DNA of 64,000 nucleotides from Campylobacterales bacterium (GTDB lineage: Bacteria; Campylobacterota; Campylobacteria; Campylobacterales; QNZT01). Shown one piece after another: positions 37,101 to 46,417 of the stretch (position 1 is its first letter; the number at the start of each line of letters is the position of its first letter). Made by a program: the position numbers and the translations under genes. The notes beneath the pieces were generated by a model that was not told where the DNA came from, made no database searches, and saw nothing but the letters and a program-made list of their open reading frames with translations. Location of the stretch: positions 2,668 through 66,667 of the forward strand of contig JAMOMC010000173.1 in the NCBI GenBank assembly GCA_027068765.1. Reading direction: 5' to 3'.

Positions 37101-38732
37101 CTCTTTTTCGCATATTAGTTTTGGTTCAGGTTTTCCTATATAGTAGCCTTGAGCATAATCAATTTTTATCTTTTTTATTATCTGGTATACCTCTTTATTT
37201 ATAACATATTCAGCAACAGTTTTTGCACCAATTTTATCTGCAAAAATTTTAATAGCTTCAACAGTTTGTCTACTTGTTTTTGAGTGTTCGATATTTTCGA
37301 TTAAACTGCCATCTATTTTTATAATATCTGGTTTAAACTCAATGATACGAATAAAATTAGAGTATCCACTACCAAAATCATCAATTGCAATTTTTACACC
37401 ATAACTTCTTGCACGATTTATAAAATTATTTACATAATCGTAATCTTGAGTATCTTTATCTTCTAAAAGCTCAAAAATTAACTTATCTGCAACATCTATG
37501 TTGTTTTTTAACAATTCAAGAAGATATTCACCCATTGCAACATCTTCTATATCTATTGAAGATAAATTTATCGATATTTCACATTTGTGTGCACGAGCTT
37601 TATCTATCACTTTTTGAAAAAGAATCTTTGTAACTTGTGAATATAGCTTTCCTTTTTTAGCAACATCTAAAAAATAAGGTCCTGGAAGAGTAATATTTTC
37701 ATCTTGATCAATCATCCTTACAAGAGCTTCATATCTATTTATATTACCATCTTTTATGTTGTGAATTGGTTGAAAATATGGTATGATTTTGTCATTTTTT
37801 AGTGCTATTTTGATAGTTCTTAACATTTCAAGATTGTTTTTTAAATTATCTTTTATTGTCTCTATCACATCATAAGAGAGTAGAAAATCTTTTTTCTCAT
37901 GCATTGCACACATCAGTATTGCATTTGCATCTTCAAAGAGTGTCTCTTTACCTTTGGCAAAACTCATCGTGACATTTACATCAAAATTGTATTCTTCATA
38001 ACTATACTTTGTTCTTTTAACATGCTCAGCAAAATGAGTACAAAATTTTATAACTGACTCTTTTTTTAATGCTATTTTATTCTCAACAAGTATGGCATAT
38101 CTACCTGTTGAGATATGATAGATACTGTAATTTCCAATCATATGAGAATTTAAATGCAAAGTTTTTACAAACTCTCTCTCTAAGTGTTGAGTGATTTTGG
38201 AGCCATAAAAGTTTTCATTCATATTGAAATTTTCTATCTTTATGATAAATAGCTCTTTTTCATCACTATTGTTCTCAATATCTTTTAATAAAGCCATCTT
38301 GTTTGATAGGTTTGTAATAGGATTTTTACTAGCTAATGTATATTTTTTGTTTAGAGTAGAGATTTGAGCATATGATTTGCATCTTGCTTTTAACTCCAGT
38401 TTATCAAAAGGTTTTGAGATAAAATCATTTACTCCAAATTGAAGAGCTTTTATCTTATCTTCTTTTTGATCTAGTGAGGTAATCATAAGTATAGGAATTC
38501 TTCTAATCTCTTCAATATCTCTTATCTCTTTTGTAGCTTCAAATCCATCCATATAAGGCATAAGTGCATCCATTAGGATAACATCTGGATGCACTTCAGT
38601 TGCTTTTTGTATGGCTTCTAAGCCGTTTGTAGCTTCAAAAAACTCATACTCTTCATCTTTTAGTGATAATTTTAGGGTCATTCTATTTACTTGATAATCA
38701 TCTACAATTAAGATTTTAATTTTTTCACTCAT
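37080..38732 (-). CDS. response regulator with degenerate GGDEF-like and EAL (c-di-GMP phosphodiesterase) domains
   Basis: REC domain (ILIVDD...VILMDALMP). The central domain has STGRYAIL in place of GGDEFAVL. EAL motifs EALVR, DDFGSGYS and QGYYIGKP. Confidence 0.85.
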   Translation of the reverse strand: MSEKIKILIVDDYQVNRMTLKLSLKDEEYEFFEATNGLEAIQKATEVHPDVILMDALMPYMDGFEATKEIRDIEEIRRIPILMITSLDQKEDKIKALQFGVNDFISKPFDKLELKARCKSYAQISTLNKKYTLASKNPITNLSNKMALLKDIENNSDEKELFIIKIENFNMNENFYGSKITQHLEREFVKTLHLNSHMIGNYSIYHISTGRYAILVENKIALKKESVIKFCTHFAEHVKRTKYSYEEYNFDVNVTMSFAKGKETLFEDANAILMCAMHEKKDFLLSYDVIETIKDNLKNNLEMLRTIKIALKNDKIIPYFQPIHNIKDGNINRYEALVRMIDQDENITLPGPYFLDVAKKGKLYSQVTKILFQKVIDKARAHKCEISINLSSIDIEDVAMGEYLLELLKNNIDVADKLIFELLEDKDTQDYDYVNNFINRARSYGVKIAIDDFGSGYSNFIRIIEFKPDIIKIDGSLIENIEHSKTSRQTVEAIKIFADKIGAKTVAEYVINKEVYQIIKKIKIDYAQGYYIGKPEPKLICEKELKTTTC

Positions 38733-39052
38733 GCTAAAACTTCCATTTTTTCTAAAACTTCTAACTCATATTTTATTCCCATAAAAAGAGAGTTATAATC
38801 TGCATCTTTACTACTTATTGCTAACTCTTCCATTTTTGAAGATAGTGTGGTTATATCCTCTAACATTAGATTAGATGCACTCCCCTTTATAGCATGAGAA
38901 CTATTTTTAATCTCATTAAAGTTATTTTCTATTACCGCATTTTCAAGTGTTATCATAGATTTATTTGCATTTTCTAAAAACATATTTAAAAGCATCCTCA
39001 CATCTTCTAAATCAAACTCTAACTTAGCTGCTAAAAGTTCTAAATCTAACAT
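38729..39052 (-). CDS. histidine phosphotransfer (Hpt) protein
   Basis: 107 aa with SHAIKGSASNL (HxxKG). Overlaps both neighbouring genes. Confidence 0.75.
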   Translation of the reverse strand: MLDLELLAAKLEFDLEDVRMLLNMFLENANKSMITLENAVIENNFNEIKNSSHAIKGSASNLMLEDITTLSSKMEELAISSKDADYNSLFMGIKYELEVLEKMEVLA

Positions 39053-40926
39053 GCCATCTCCTCACTCTTTTTTGTTAAGAACTCTTTTAACATAAAAGAT
39101 AATTTCTCTTTATCTAAAGGTTTTGTAAGATACTCATCCATTCCAGCTTCGATAAATCTCTCTCTATCACCTTTTAGTGCATTTGCAGTTAGCGCAACTA
39201 TAGGAGTATGTCTCATCTTTTCATCTCTCTCATACTCTAATATCTGTTTTGTAGCTTCAATACCATTTAAGTTTGGCATATTTTCATCCATAAGGATTAA
39301 ATCATAAAAGTTATTTTTGTAAGCTCTCACAGCTTCAACTCCATCATTTGCAATATCAAAAATTAATCCAAATTTTTTCAAAATCAGACTCATAAACATT
39401 TGATTTGCTTTATTGTCCTCAACTAACAAAATTCGTTTTCCTTTAATGATTGCTAAATCTGAATGTTTGGCAACCGTTATCTTTTTAAATTTACCAATTG
39501 GGGCAGGTATTTCAAAATAAAAACGACTTCCTTGACCCTCTTTACTCTCTAATTTTAACTCTCCTCCAAGCATTACAACAAGCTTAGAACTGATAGCTAA
39601 CCCTAATCCTGTTCCTCCATATTTTCTAGTAGTTGAACTCTCAGCTTGCGAAAAAGCTTTAAAAATATCCTCTTGTTTATCTTTGGCAATTCCTATACCG
39701 TTATCTTTTACACTAATGTGTAAATTCTCTTCAGTGTGTTTTATAAGTAGTTCTATTCGACCATTTCTGGGTGTGAATTTTATGGCATTTGAGAGCATAT
39801 TTGCCATTATCTGTTTTATTCTAAGTGGATCGGATTTTAGAGCCTTTGGTAAGTTTTTGTCTAAAACGAAACTAAGTGAAACACTTTTTTCAGAAGCTTT
39901 TGCACGAAATAAATCAGCAAGAGTTCCAAGCTCCTCATGAGTATTAAAATCTATCTTCTCAACATTTAAGTTGCCACTCTCAATTTTACTAAAATCTAAA
40001 ATATCATTTATTATTCCAAGAAGTGTTGTTGAAGAGCTTTGAATTGTCTGAATATATTTAAGTTTCTCTTTGTTTTTTTCTTTCTCTTTTAAAAGATCAA
40101 TAAAACCTAAAATTGCATTTAGTGGAGTTCTAATCTCATGAGACATGTTTGCTAAAAATTCTGATTTTGTTTTACTCGCTTGCTCTGATTTTTGGGCAAC
40201 AATTTTAGCATTTTTGCTTGTTACTTCTAGTGTGTCACTACTTTTTAAAATCTGTCTGCTTAAAAGATTGCTTAGATATAAAAGTGAACCAATAACAAAA
40301 ATTACAGCAAGAAGTTCATATCCAAAATATTTATCTTTTTTGATAATGATTTCAGAGTTTAATTTATTAATTTGATAGATTGTTTGTCTGTGAAGATTGT
40401 TATTGTTTCTTTTTGCTTCTTGAAAACTTGAAATTATACTTTTCATTTGTGGAGTGTTTTTATCTAAAGTTGTAAAAAAAGTATTTAGATTTTTATGAAG
40501 AATTAAAAGATCACTTTGTAGTTTTTGAAGTGATAATTTATTGTAGTTGTCATACTGAGTGCTGTAGAGTTTTGGCTGATAATTTATCTCATTACCAAAT
40601 GTTAGTTTTCCACCAAGATTTAAGATAGATATAGCGTTGCTAGCTTTTTTTAATTCGCTATCTATATTATCTTTAAAATATGTTAAATTTTCACTCTTTG
40701 GAGATAGTATAACTTGAGAAAAATTATTTTGAGCAGATATGATATTTTGGCTAATTCTCTCTTCAATTGATTTTTTAATCTGTAGATTTTTAGTCTCTTG
40801 GTCTAAATCGTTTATTAAATTTGCAAAAACATAATTTAATCCACCGATCATAAAGATACCTGCGATAAAAAGACGAAACAAAGATTGTAAATCTTTATAT
40901 GTCTGATTTTTTACATGTTCTGACAT
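39046..40926 (-). CDS. hybrid sensor histidine kinase / response regulator
   Basis: Two TM helices around a ~165 aa periplasmic domain, H-box SHEIRTPLNAILG, GTGLGLAIS, and a C-terminal REC domain (ILLVEDN...LILMDENMP). Confidence 0.85.
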   Translation of the reverse strand: MSEHVKNQTYKDLQSLFRLFIAGIFMIGGLNYVFANLINDLDQETKNLQIKKSIEERISQNIISAQNNFSQVILSPKSENLTYFKDNIDSELKKASNAISILNLGGKLTFGNEINYQPKLYSTQYDNYNKLSLQKLQSDLLILHKNLNTFFTTLDKNTPQMKSIISSFQEAKRNNNNLHRQTIYQINKLNSEIIIKKDKYFGYELLAVIFVIGSLLYLSNLLSRQILKSSDTLEVTSKNAKIVAQKSEQASKTKSEFLANMSHEIRTPLNAILGFIDLLKEKEKNKEKLKYIQTIQSSSTTLLGIINDILDFSKIESGNLNVEKIDFNTHEELGTLADLFRAKASEKSVSLSFVLDKNLPKALKSDPLRIKQIMANMLSNAIKFTPRNGRIELLIKHTEENLHISVKDNGIGIAKDKQEDIFKAFSQAESSTTRKYGGTGLGLAISSKLVVMLGGELKLESKEGQGSRFYFEIPAPIGKFKKITVAKHSDLAIIKGKRILLVEDNKANQMFMSLILKKFGLIFDIANDGVEAVRAYKNNFYDLILMDENMPNLNGIEATKQILEYERDEKMRHTPIVALTANALKGDRERFIEAGMDEYLTKPLDKEKLSFMLKEFLTKKSEEMAC

Positions 40927-41068
40927 TTTTTTTCCTAGTTTTAAATTATTTAATTTTTAGTATTTTTTTAAATCCTAGTTAAAAATACTTTCATCTAAAT
41001 CGGCATTTTTGAAATAAAATGAATAACCGCTATAATTTTTGTTATAATTATAAAAGAGGAGTTTTTAT

Positions 41069-41383
41069 ATGTTAATTACAAATATCGAATATGTACCAAA
41101 TAAAGAGATTGTAGAGCACTATGGCATAGTAACAGGCTCAACTGTTAGATCTAAACATGTTGGGAGAGATGTGATGGCTGGTTTTAAAAATATTTTTGGA
41201 GGAGAGTTAAAAGGATATACAGAGCTTTTAAGTGAATCAAGAGAAGAGGCACTAGATAGGATGATAGCTCAAGCTACTTCACTTGGTGCAAATGCAATTT
41301 TAAATGTCCGTTTTTCTACCTCTTCTGTTGCTGCTGGTGCATCTGAGCTTTATGTTTATGGTACGGCTGTGATAATTAGATGA
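41069..41383 (+). CDS. YbjQ (UPF0145) family protein
   Basis: 104 aa; GANAILNVRF and YVYGTAV are typical of the family. Confidence 0.8.
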   Translation: MLITNIEYVPNKEIVEHYGIVTGSTVRSKHVGRDVMAGFKNIFGGELKGYTELLSESREEALDRMIAQATSLGANAILNVRFSTSSVAAGASELYVYGTAVIIR

Positions 41384-41817
41384 TTTATGAAATTTTACTT
41401 TTTTTAATACTTTTAATTGTTGGTTATATATCAGGGACTATTTTAGAAAAAAGACATTATAAAAAGATAAGAGAGGGCGAGGAGTTTTTTAAAACCTTGC
41501 CAACTATTGCACTTAAAAAACCATTAAATATTCTTGATATAAAATCTACTCGTCTTGTGAGTGGAAATGTGGTTATTTCGATTGATTATTTTAAAAAGTT
41601 TTTAGCATATTTAATCAACTTTTTTGGAGGAAATATCTCTTCATATGAGACTCTTTTAGACCGTGCAAGAAGAGAGGCGATTTTAAGATTAAAAGAAGAT
41701 GCTAAAGGGGCTAGTGAGATTATAAATCTAAAAATTGAGACAAGCTCTATTACAAAAAATACAAAAAGTGTAGGTGCGGTAGAAGTTTTAGTTTATGGTA
41801 CAGCAATTTATAGATAA
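41380..41817 (+). CDS. membrane-anchored YbjQ-family paralog
   Basis: N-terminal TM helix IYEILLFLILLIVGYISGTIL, then a YbjQ-like core (GGNISSYETLLDRARREAILRLKEDAK...VLVYGTAIY). ATGA overlap with the upstream gene. Confidence 0.7.
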   Translation: MIYEILLFLILLIVGYISGTILEKRHYKKIREGEEFFKTLPTIALKKPLNILDIKSTRLVSGNVVISIDYFKKFLAYLINFFGGNISSYETLLDRARREAILRLKEDAKGASEIINLKIETSSITKNTKSVGAVEVLVYGTAIYR

Positions 41818-42605
41818 TGTATAAGCCAAAACTCCCTGATGATAGTGTAAATATTCAAAAAGAGAGTTTTCTTTTACAGTCTGTGAAACTTTTTTTTTCT
41901 TTAGCTATTTTAGCATTTCTCTCTTATATGGTTTTAACTTTTGTATTGCATATCGTTATCGATAATTTATCTCCAAAATATGAGAAAAAATTAGTACAAT
42001 TTATCTCTTTTGATATGGAGATTGGAGAGATTAAAAGTGATGAGTATCTTGATGAGATCACAGAGAAAATTTCTAAATGTGCAAATTTGGCTTATGATAT
42101 AAAAACTTATATTATAGACCAAGATACTCCAAATGCTTATGCCCTTCCAGGAGGGAGTATTTATATCACAACAGAGATGTTAAAAGAGCTTCAAAATCAA
42201 AATGAATTAGTAGCAATTTTAGGTCATGAGATGGGACATTTTAAAAATCGTGACCATCTTAAAACTCTTGGTTCTTCCGTTTTGTTTTCACTTATAAGTT
42301 TAAGTTTAGGAGATGGATATGGTAAAATTTTGGATACAACTCTAAATCTTTCAAAAATAAGATATTCACAATCCGCTGAATTGAAATCTGATATGTTTGC
42401 TCTTGATGTTATGGATTGTTCATATGGAAGTGTAAGTGATGCATCTTCTCTTTTTTCTCGTTTAGATAAAGGGGATGAGATGAGCTCTTTTTTAGAAACT
42501 CATCCCCCTTTTAATAAGAGGATTAAGAAGATGCAAGATTATATTATTTTAAAAAATTACGATACTACTAAGGAACCTATCCCTTTTAAAAAAGAGTTTA
42601 ATTAG
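41817..42605 (+). CDS. M48-family zinc metallopeptidase
   Basis: ILGHEMGHFKNRDHL (HExxH) with a downstream SAELKSD, and an N-terminal TM helix. 1-nt overlap (TAATG) with the upstream gene. Confidence 0.8.
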   Translation: MYKPKLPDDSVNIQKESFLLQSVKLFFSLAILAFLSYMVLTFVLHIVIDNLSPKYEKKLVQFISFDMEIGEIKSDEYLDEITEKISKCANLAYDIKTYIIDQDTPNAYALPGGSIYITTEMLKELQNQNELVAILGHEMGHFKNRDHLKTLGSSVLFSLISLSLGDGYGKILDTTLNLSKIRYSQSAELKSDMFALDVMDCSYGSVSDASSLFSRLDKGDEMSSFLETHPPFNKRIKKMQDYIILKNYDTTKEPIPFKKEFN

Positions 42606-43215
42606 TCAAGACTCTTAAACTACTTACTCCTTTTGCGTCTACTACCTCTGTTTGGGCAATCTCACCAATATTTTTTTGATAATATCCAGGCTTATCATTA
42701 CATTTTATCTCTATAACATCTAAAAACTCTTTAGTATTTATTATTTTACTGTTAAAATGGTTTGTTAATTTGCAAGTTGAAGTTAAAATAGTTACATCAC
42801 CATCAATATCCGCTGTTAAGTGTAAATCGTAAGAGCCATTAAATTCACCATCTTTTAAAAATTCAACTGTAACTCTATCTTTTTTCTTTTTATAAACTGT
42901 CTTCTCATTTTGTGCATAATCTGATACCTCTGTAACTTCATTTTCACTAATTGAATAGGTAGTTGTATATTCGCTTGTCTCATCACCTTTTGTCTCAATA
43001 AAACTGTTTATTCCATTATTTTGAGGTGTCATATAGTCCCAAAGACTATATTTACCGTCTGTTTTTCCCTTATCGCTTATAGAAGTTGTTGTTGTGGGGT
43101 TATCTTTTTGATCAGGAGTATTTATGATATCTTCGTTGTCATCTGTTTTATCTCCACCACCACAACCTGTTAATAGTGCTAATGTCAATAGTGCGATTGA
43201 AATATCTTTTTTCAT
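42598..43215 (-). CDS. hypothetical lipoprotein
   Basis: Lipobox LLTGCGG followed by a D/T/N-rich linker and a beta-rich domain. No recognisable family. Confidence 0.45.
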   Translation of the reverse strand: MKKDISIALLTLALLTGCGGGDKTDDNEDIINTPDQKDNPTTTTSISDKGKTDGKYSLWDYMTPQNNGINSFIETKGDETSEYTTTYSISENEVTEVSDYAQNEKTVYKKKKDRVTVEFLKDGEFNGSYDLHLTADIDGDVTILTSTCKLTNHFNSKIINTKEFLDVIEIKCNDKPGYYQKNIGEIAQTEVVDAKGVSSLRVLTN

Positions 43216-43359
43216 TGTTAAACCTTTATTTTATATCTATATAAACTATATCGCCATTTTTTTAATCCTACAATAAAGAATTATCGAATTTTTGCTAGAT
43301 TATACTATAAAAAAAACAAAAAGTGAAGCATGGTTACATTTTTTTTCTTTTATATTTAA

Positions 43360-45426
43360 TCAGTCCATAAACATCCAATATACAAAACTAGGAATATCAT
43401 TTATTCCAGCATAAATATACCAATCTTGTCCACTATAATCATCTCTTTTTGTAGCTGTAATTCTAACCATATTTAAAAAATCTATATAAAAATTTGGTCC
43501 AAAATCTATATCTTTATCAATTTTATTGTCAAAATCTCTGTATGCAGATGCCCCAAATCCAAAACCAAGAAGATCTTTTTTTACTTCAAAGTTTAAATTT
43601 AAATCAACTCTCATAAAGTTTGTCTGATTTTTTTTATCATAAAGTTCAAATGAAAATGATGGTTTTAGCTCTATTGCCGTTGGCAGTAAAAAAGAGTTGT
43701 TATCAAAATAGTAGTAGTTTTCATATCCAAGTGAGATAATATTTTTACTAAGTGCCAACTCATAAGGGAGATATTTTATCCATAATTTATCAATATCTAA
43801 TGGTGCTGAGATAGGGTTATAGACATATCCATTTTTTTGGCGATAAAATGAACCTGCTGTATAAGCTGCAACTTGTGATATGGTTTTTGAAAGATTTGTT
43901 GAATTTTTTCTCTCTAAGGTTACAATTCTATGGACAATAGATGCTAAAGATTGTCTATGCCACTCATCTGGGTATTTTAATGCATGACGAAGATAACTGT
44001 TTTGTGCTACATATGAGTTTTTATTCAAGTTATTTATAAATGTATGAAAATCCCTCATATTGTTATTTGGAATATTTTTTATTGAATCATATATCTTTTT
44101 TAAATTGTTATTGACTTCAAACTCATCTTTAACTAAAAACTCTCCAAACTCTTCATAATGTAGAAAATTTAAAAAACCTTTAGACTTTTCAGACTCTTTT
44201 GTCAAAATATCAAAAATATAAACTTTAGCACGAACAAAACACTCTTTATCTCTACCTTTGCAAGCATATCTAGCACTGTTTATAATGGCATCATAAACAC
44301 CAACATAATAGTCATACTCTCTAAATCCAAAATCCAAAAATGCTCCAAAATGCCCAAGCATCATACCTGTAATTGGAAAGTACCTATCTGAGAGGTATAT
44401 ATTTCTATTTGTATCTACAAAATTTTCAGAGAGTGTAGTATAAAGAACACTAGATTCAGATGCTGAAAAGATATCTAATAAAAGTTCAATTGCACTGTTG
44501 ATTGGGCTTGTTTTTGGTTCTAACTCTAACTCTCTACTTTTCCTAAAAAGCCCAAGTCTAAGGTTTTTAGGATCCATAAAGATATAATCACTACTGTCAT
44601 CTTTTGCAAGTTTTATAGCCAAATCGAGTGGAACATTATTAAAAACTCCACCATCTAAAAATCTAGCTCTTTGTTTTTGACCTTTGTAGATATAGTCAAG
44701 TTCTACTTGCTCAAATGCAATGGGAAAAGCACTTGAAGCATACATGGCTTTTTTTATTGATTCATCACTTGGATTTGAATTTTTTGAAAGATGGATAATA
44801 TTATCTCTTTTAACATCATAGTTATTAACTATAGATGCATTAGAATTTTTATCAACTACAAGTTTTAGAGGTATTTGAAAAAGCTTATTGTCAATTTTAA
44901 TACCGTTTATATTTACCCTCATAGGTAAAACTCTAGTTACCGAAAAACCAAATGGAACTTCACACTTTTTATCATAAAGTGGTAAATTAAGCTCATTCAT
45001 AATTTTATTAGCTTGTTCCTCAATTTTTATACGAGAAAATAGAGATGTTGTATTATTTATATCTACAACACCAAATTTATCTATAAACAGATCCTCAAAA
45101 TCAACTTCAGTCCACATATGGTAAAAGAGATTGTCTTCAATAGTATTGTTTATATCTAAAGCCTCTTTTTTTCTACACCATGCCATAGATGACATAAGTG
45201 CATTTATAGCTCCAGCTGAAGCTCCTGCTATGGACTTCATATCTATACTTGTTTTAGAGTTGTGTTTTAAATGAGTCATATATTTTAATAAAGCCCAGTT
45301 ATAACCAGCTTCATAAGCCCCAAGACTAATTCCTCCACTTATAACTAATGAAAAATTCTCAGATTTATCTTTAGCATGTATATTTGAATATAAGAACATT
45401 AAGATGATTAAGATTAATTTTTTCAC
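43360..45426 (-). CDS. secreted patatin-like phospholipase with extended C-terminal region
   Basis: Signal peptide MKKLILIILMFLYSNIHA, oxyanion ISGGISLGAYEAG, nucleophile elbow GASAG, catalytic Asp in FLDGGVFNNVPL. 688 aa, about 350 aa longer than the catalytic domain. Confidence 0.8.
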   Translation of the reverse strand: MKKLILIILMFLYSNIHAKDKSENFSLVISGGISLGAYEAGYNWALLKYMTHLKHNSKTSIDMKSIAGASAGAINALMSSMAWCRKKEALDINNTIEDNLFYHMWTEVDFEDLFIDKFGVVDINNTTSLFSRIKIEEQANKIMNELNLPLYDKKCEVPFGFSVTRVLPMRVNINGIKIDNKLFQIPLKLVVDKNSNASIVNNYDVKRDNIIHLSKNSNPSDESIKKAMYASSAFPIAFEQVELDYIYKGQKQRARFLDGGVFNNVPLDLAIKLAKDDSSDYIFMDPKNLRLGLFRKSRELELEPKTSPINSAIELLLDIFSASESSVLYTTLSENFVDTNRNIYLSDRYFPITGMMLGHFGAFLDFGFREYDYYVGVYDAIINSARYACKGRDKECFVRAKVYIFDILTKESEKSKGFLNFLHYEEFGEFLVKDEFEVNNNLKKIYDSIKNIPNNNMRDFHTFINNLNKNSYVAQNSYLRHALKYPDEWHRQSLASIVHRIVTLERKNSTNLSKTISQVAAYTAGSFYRQKNGYVYNPISAPLDIDKLWIKYLPYELALSKNIISLGYENYYYFDNNSFLLPTAIELKPSFSFELYDKKNQTNFMRVDLNLNFEVKKDLLGFGFGASAYRDFDNKIDKDIDFGPNFYIDFLNMVRITATKRDDYSGQDWYIYAGINDIPSFVYWMFMD

Positions 45427-45436
45427 AAACAGCTCC

Positions 45437-46417
45437 TTAAAGATAACTTTGAAACTTAATTAAAGCGGAAAATGTATAAGAGTTTTTATCTATATTTGGC
45501 ATTTTTTTTAAAGCTCTCTCACTATCTAAAAGATGTTTTAAAAGTTTTTGATAAGTTGCTAGGTTGATTTTTATAGATTGTGAAGCTCTTTGGTTAGCTA
45601 ATTTTGGAGGGAGTGGAAAACCTAAAATCTCTAAAACATTTGGTTGTCCATGGGTTTTTATATAGATGTTAAACATAAAAAGTTGTACTATATAAGTTTG
45701 AAGAGAAGATATGATTTTTACTTCATCAAAACTTCCTGAGTCTAAAACCTTTTGAAGTTCATCTTTTATATCTTCAAGATTTAAGACTCTATTTATAAAC
45801 TCATCCATATTAACCTCACCCATCCCATAAACTAAATTGTCTATATCAGATGCATAGATTTTTTTATCTAAAATTGATAGTTTTGAGAGTTCATTCATAC
45901 TCAAAGCTAGATTTTCATTTTGCAATGAAAACAGATGCCCAAGTGCATAATTGTCAATATCTAAAGATAATTCTCTTGATTTTTTTTGCAAATATGATGT
46001 TGCTTCTTGCATCTGTGGTTTAAAAAATCTCACAAAATCAGCTGAATTTTTCTTGGTAAAACTCTTTGCAATATCTTTTCCAACTAAATCATCTCCATCA
46101 AATTGAAGCAAAAAATAGCTTGTAGAAGTTTTATGACAAAGTGATGCAAAAACATCAAGCTCTTTTTTTGGAATTTTTTTCTCACTTCTTATATGTAAAA
46201 TACTTACATCTCCAAATAAAGAGGGTTGAGATATGAAATTTTTAGCAGAGGTGAAATTGTATTCATCAAAATAAAATGACAAAACATTATCACTCTCTCC
46301 TAAAAGTGGAAGAATCTCTTTGATGTATGAGCTTGTAAAAAACTCCTCACCATAAAGAAGAAGTGACTTTGGTATGTTTTTATTTTTTATTGCTAAATCT
46401 AAATGATTTTTATACAT
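45437..46417 (-). CDS. holA: DNA polymerase III subunit delta
   Basis: 326 aa. N-terminal LLLYGEEFF and the overall helical C-terminus are typical of HolA. Overlaps the rnr stop. Confidence 0.65.
   Translation of the reverse strand: MYKNHLDLAIKNKNIPKSLLLYGEEFFTSSYIKEILPLLGESDNVLSFYFDEYNFTSAKNFISQPSLFGDVSILHIRSEKKIPKKELDVFASLCHKTSTSYFLLQFDGDDLVGKDIAKSFTKKNSADFVRFFKPQMQEATSYLQKKSRELSLDIDNYALGHLFSLQNENLALSMNELSKLSILDKKIYASDIDNLVYGMGEVNMDEFINRVLNLEDIKDELQKVLDSGSFDEVKIISSLQTYIVQLFMFNIYIKTHGQPNVLEILGFPLPPKLANQRASQSIKINLATYQKLLKHLLDSERALKKMPNIDKNSYTFSALIKFQSYL

Noticed and set aside
43360-45426. Patatin-like protein as a CBASS or other defence effector.
   Set aside because: It has a cleavable signal peptide, and no cyclase/nucleotidyltransferase, SAVED, or E1/E2/JAB genes are nearby. 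Its neighbours are holA and a lipoprotein gene, so a secreted or surface lipase is more likely.
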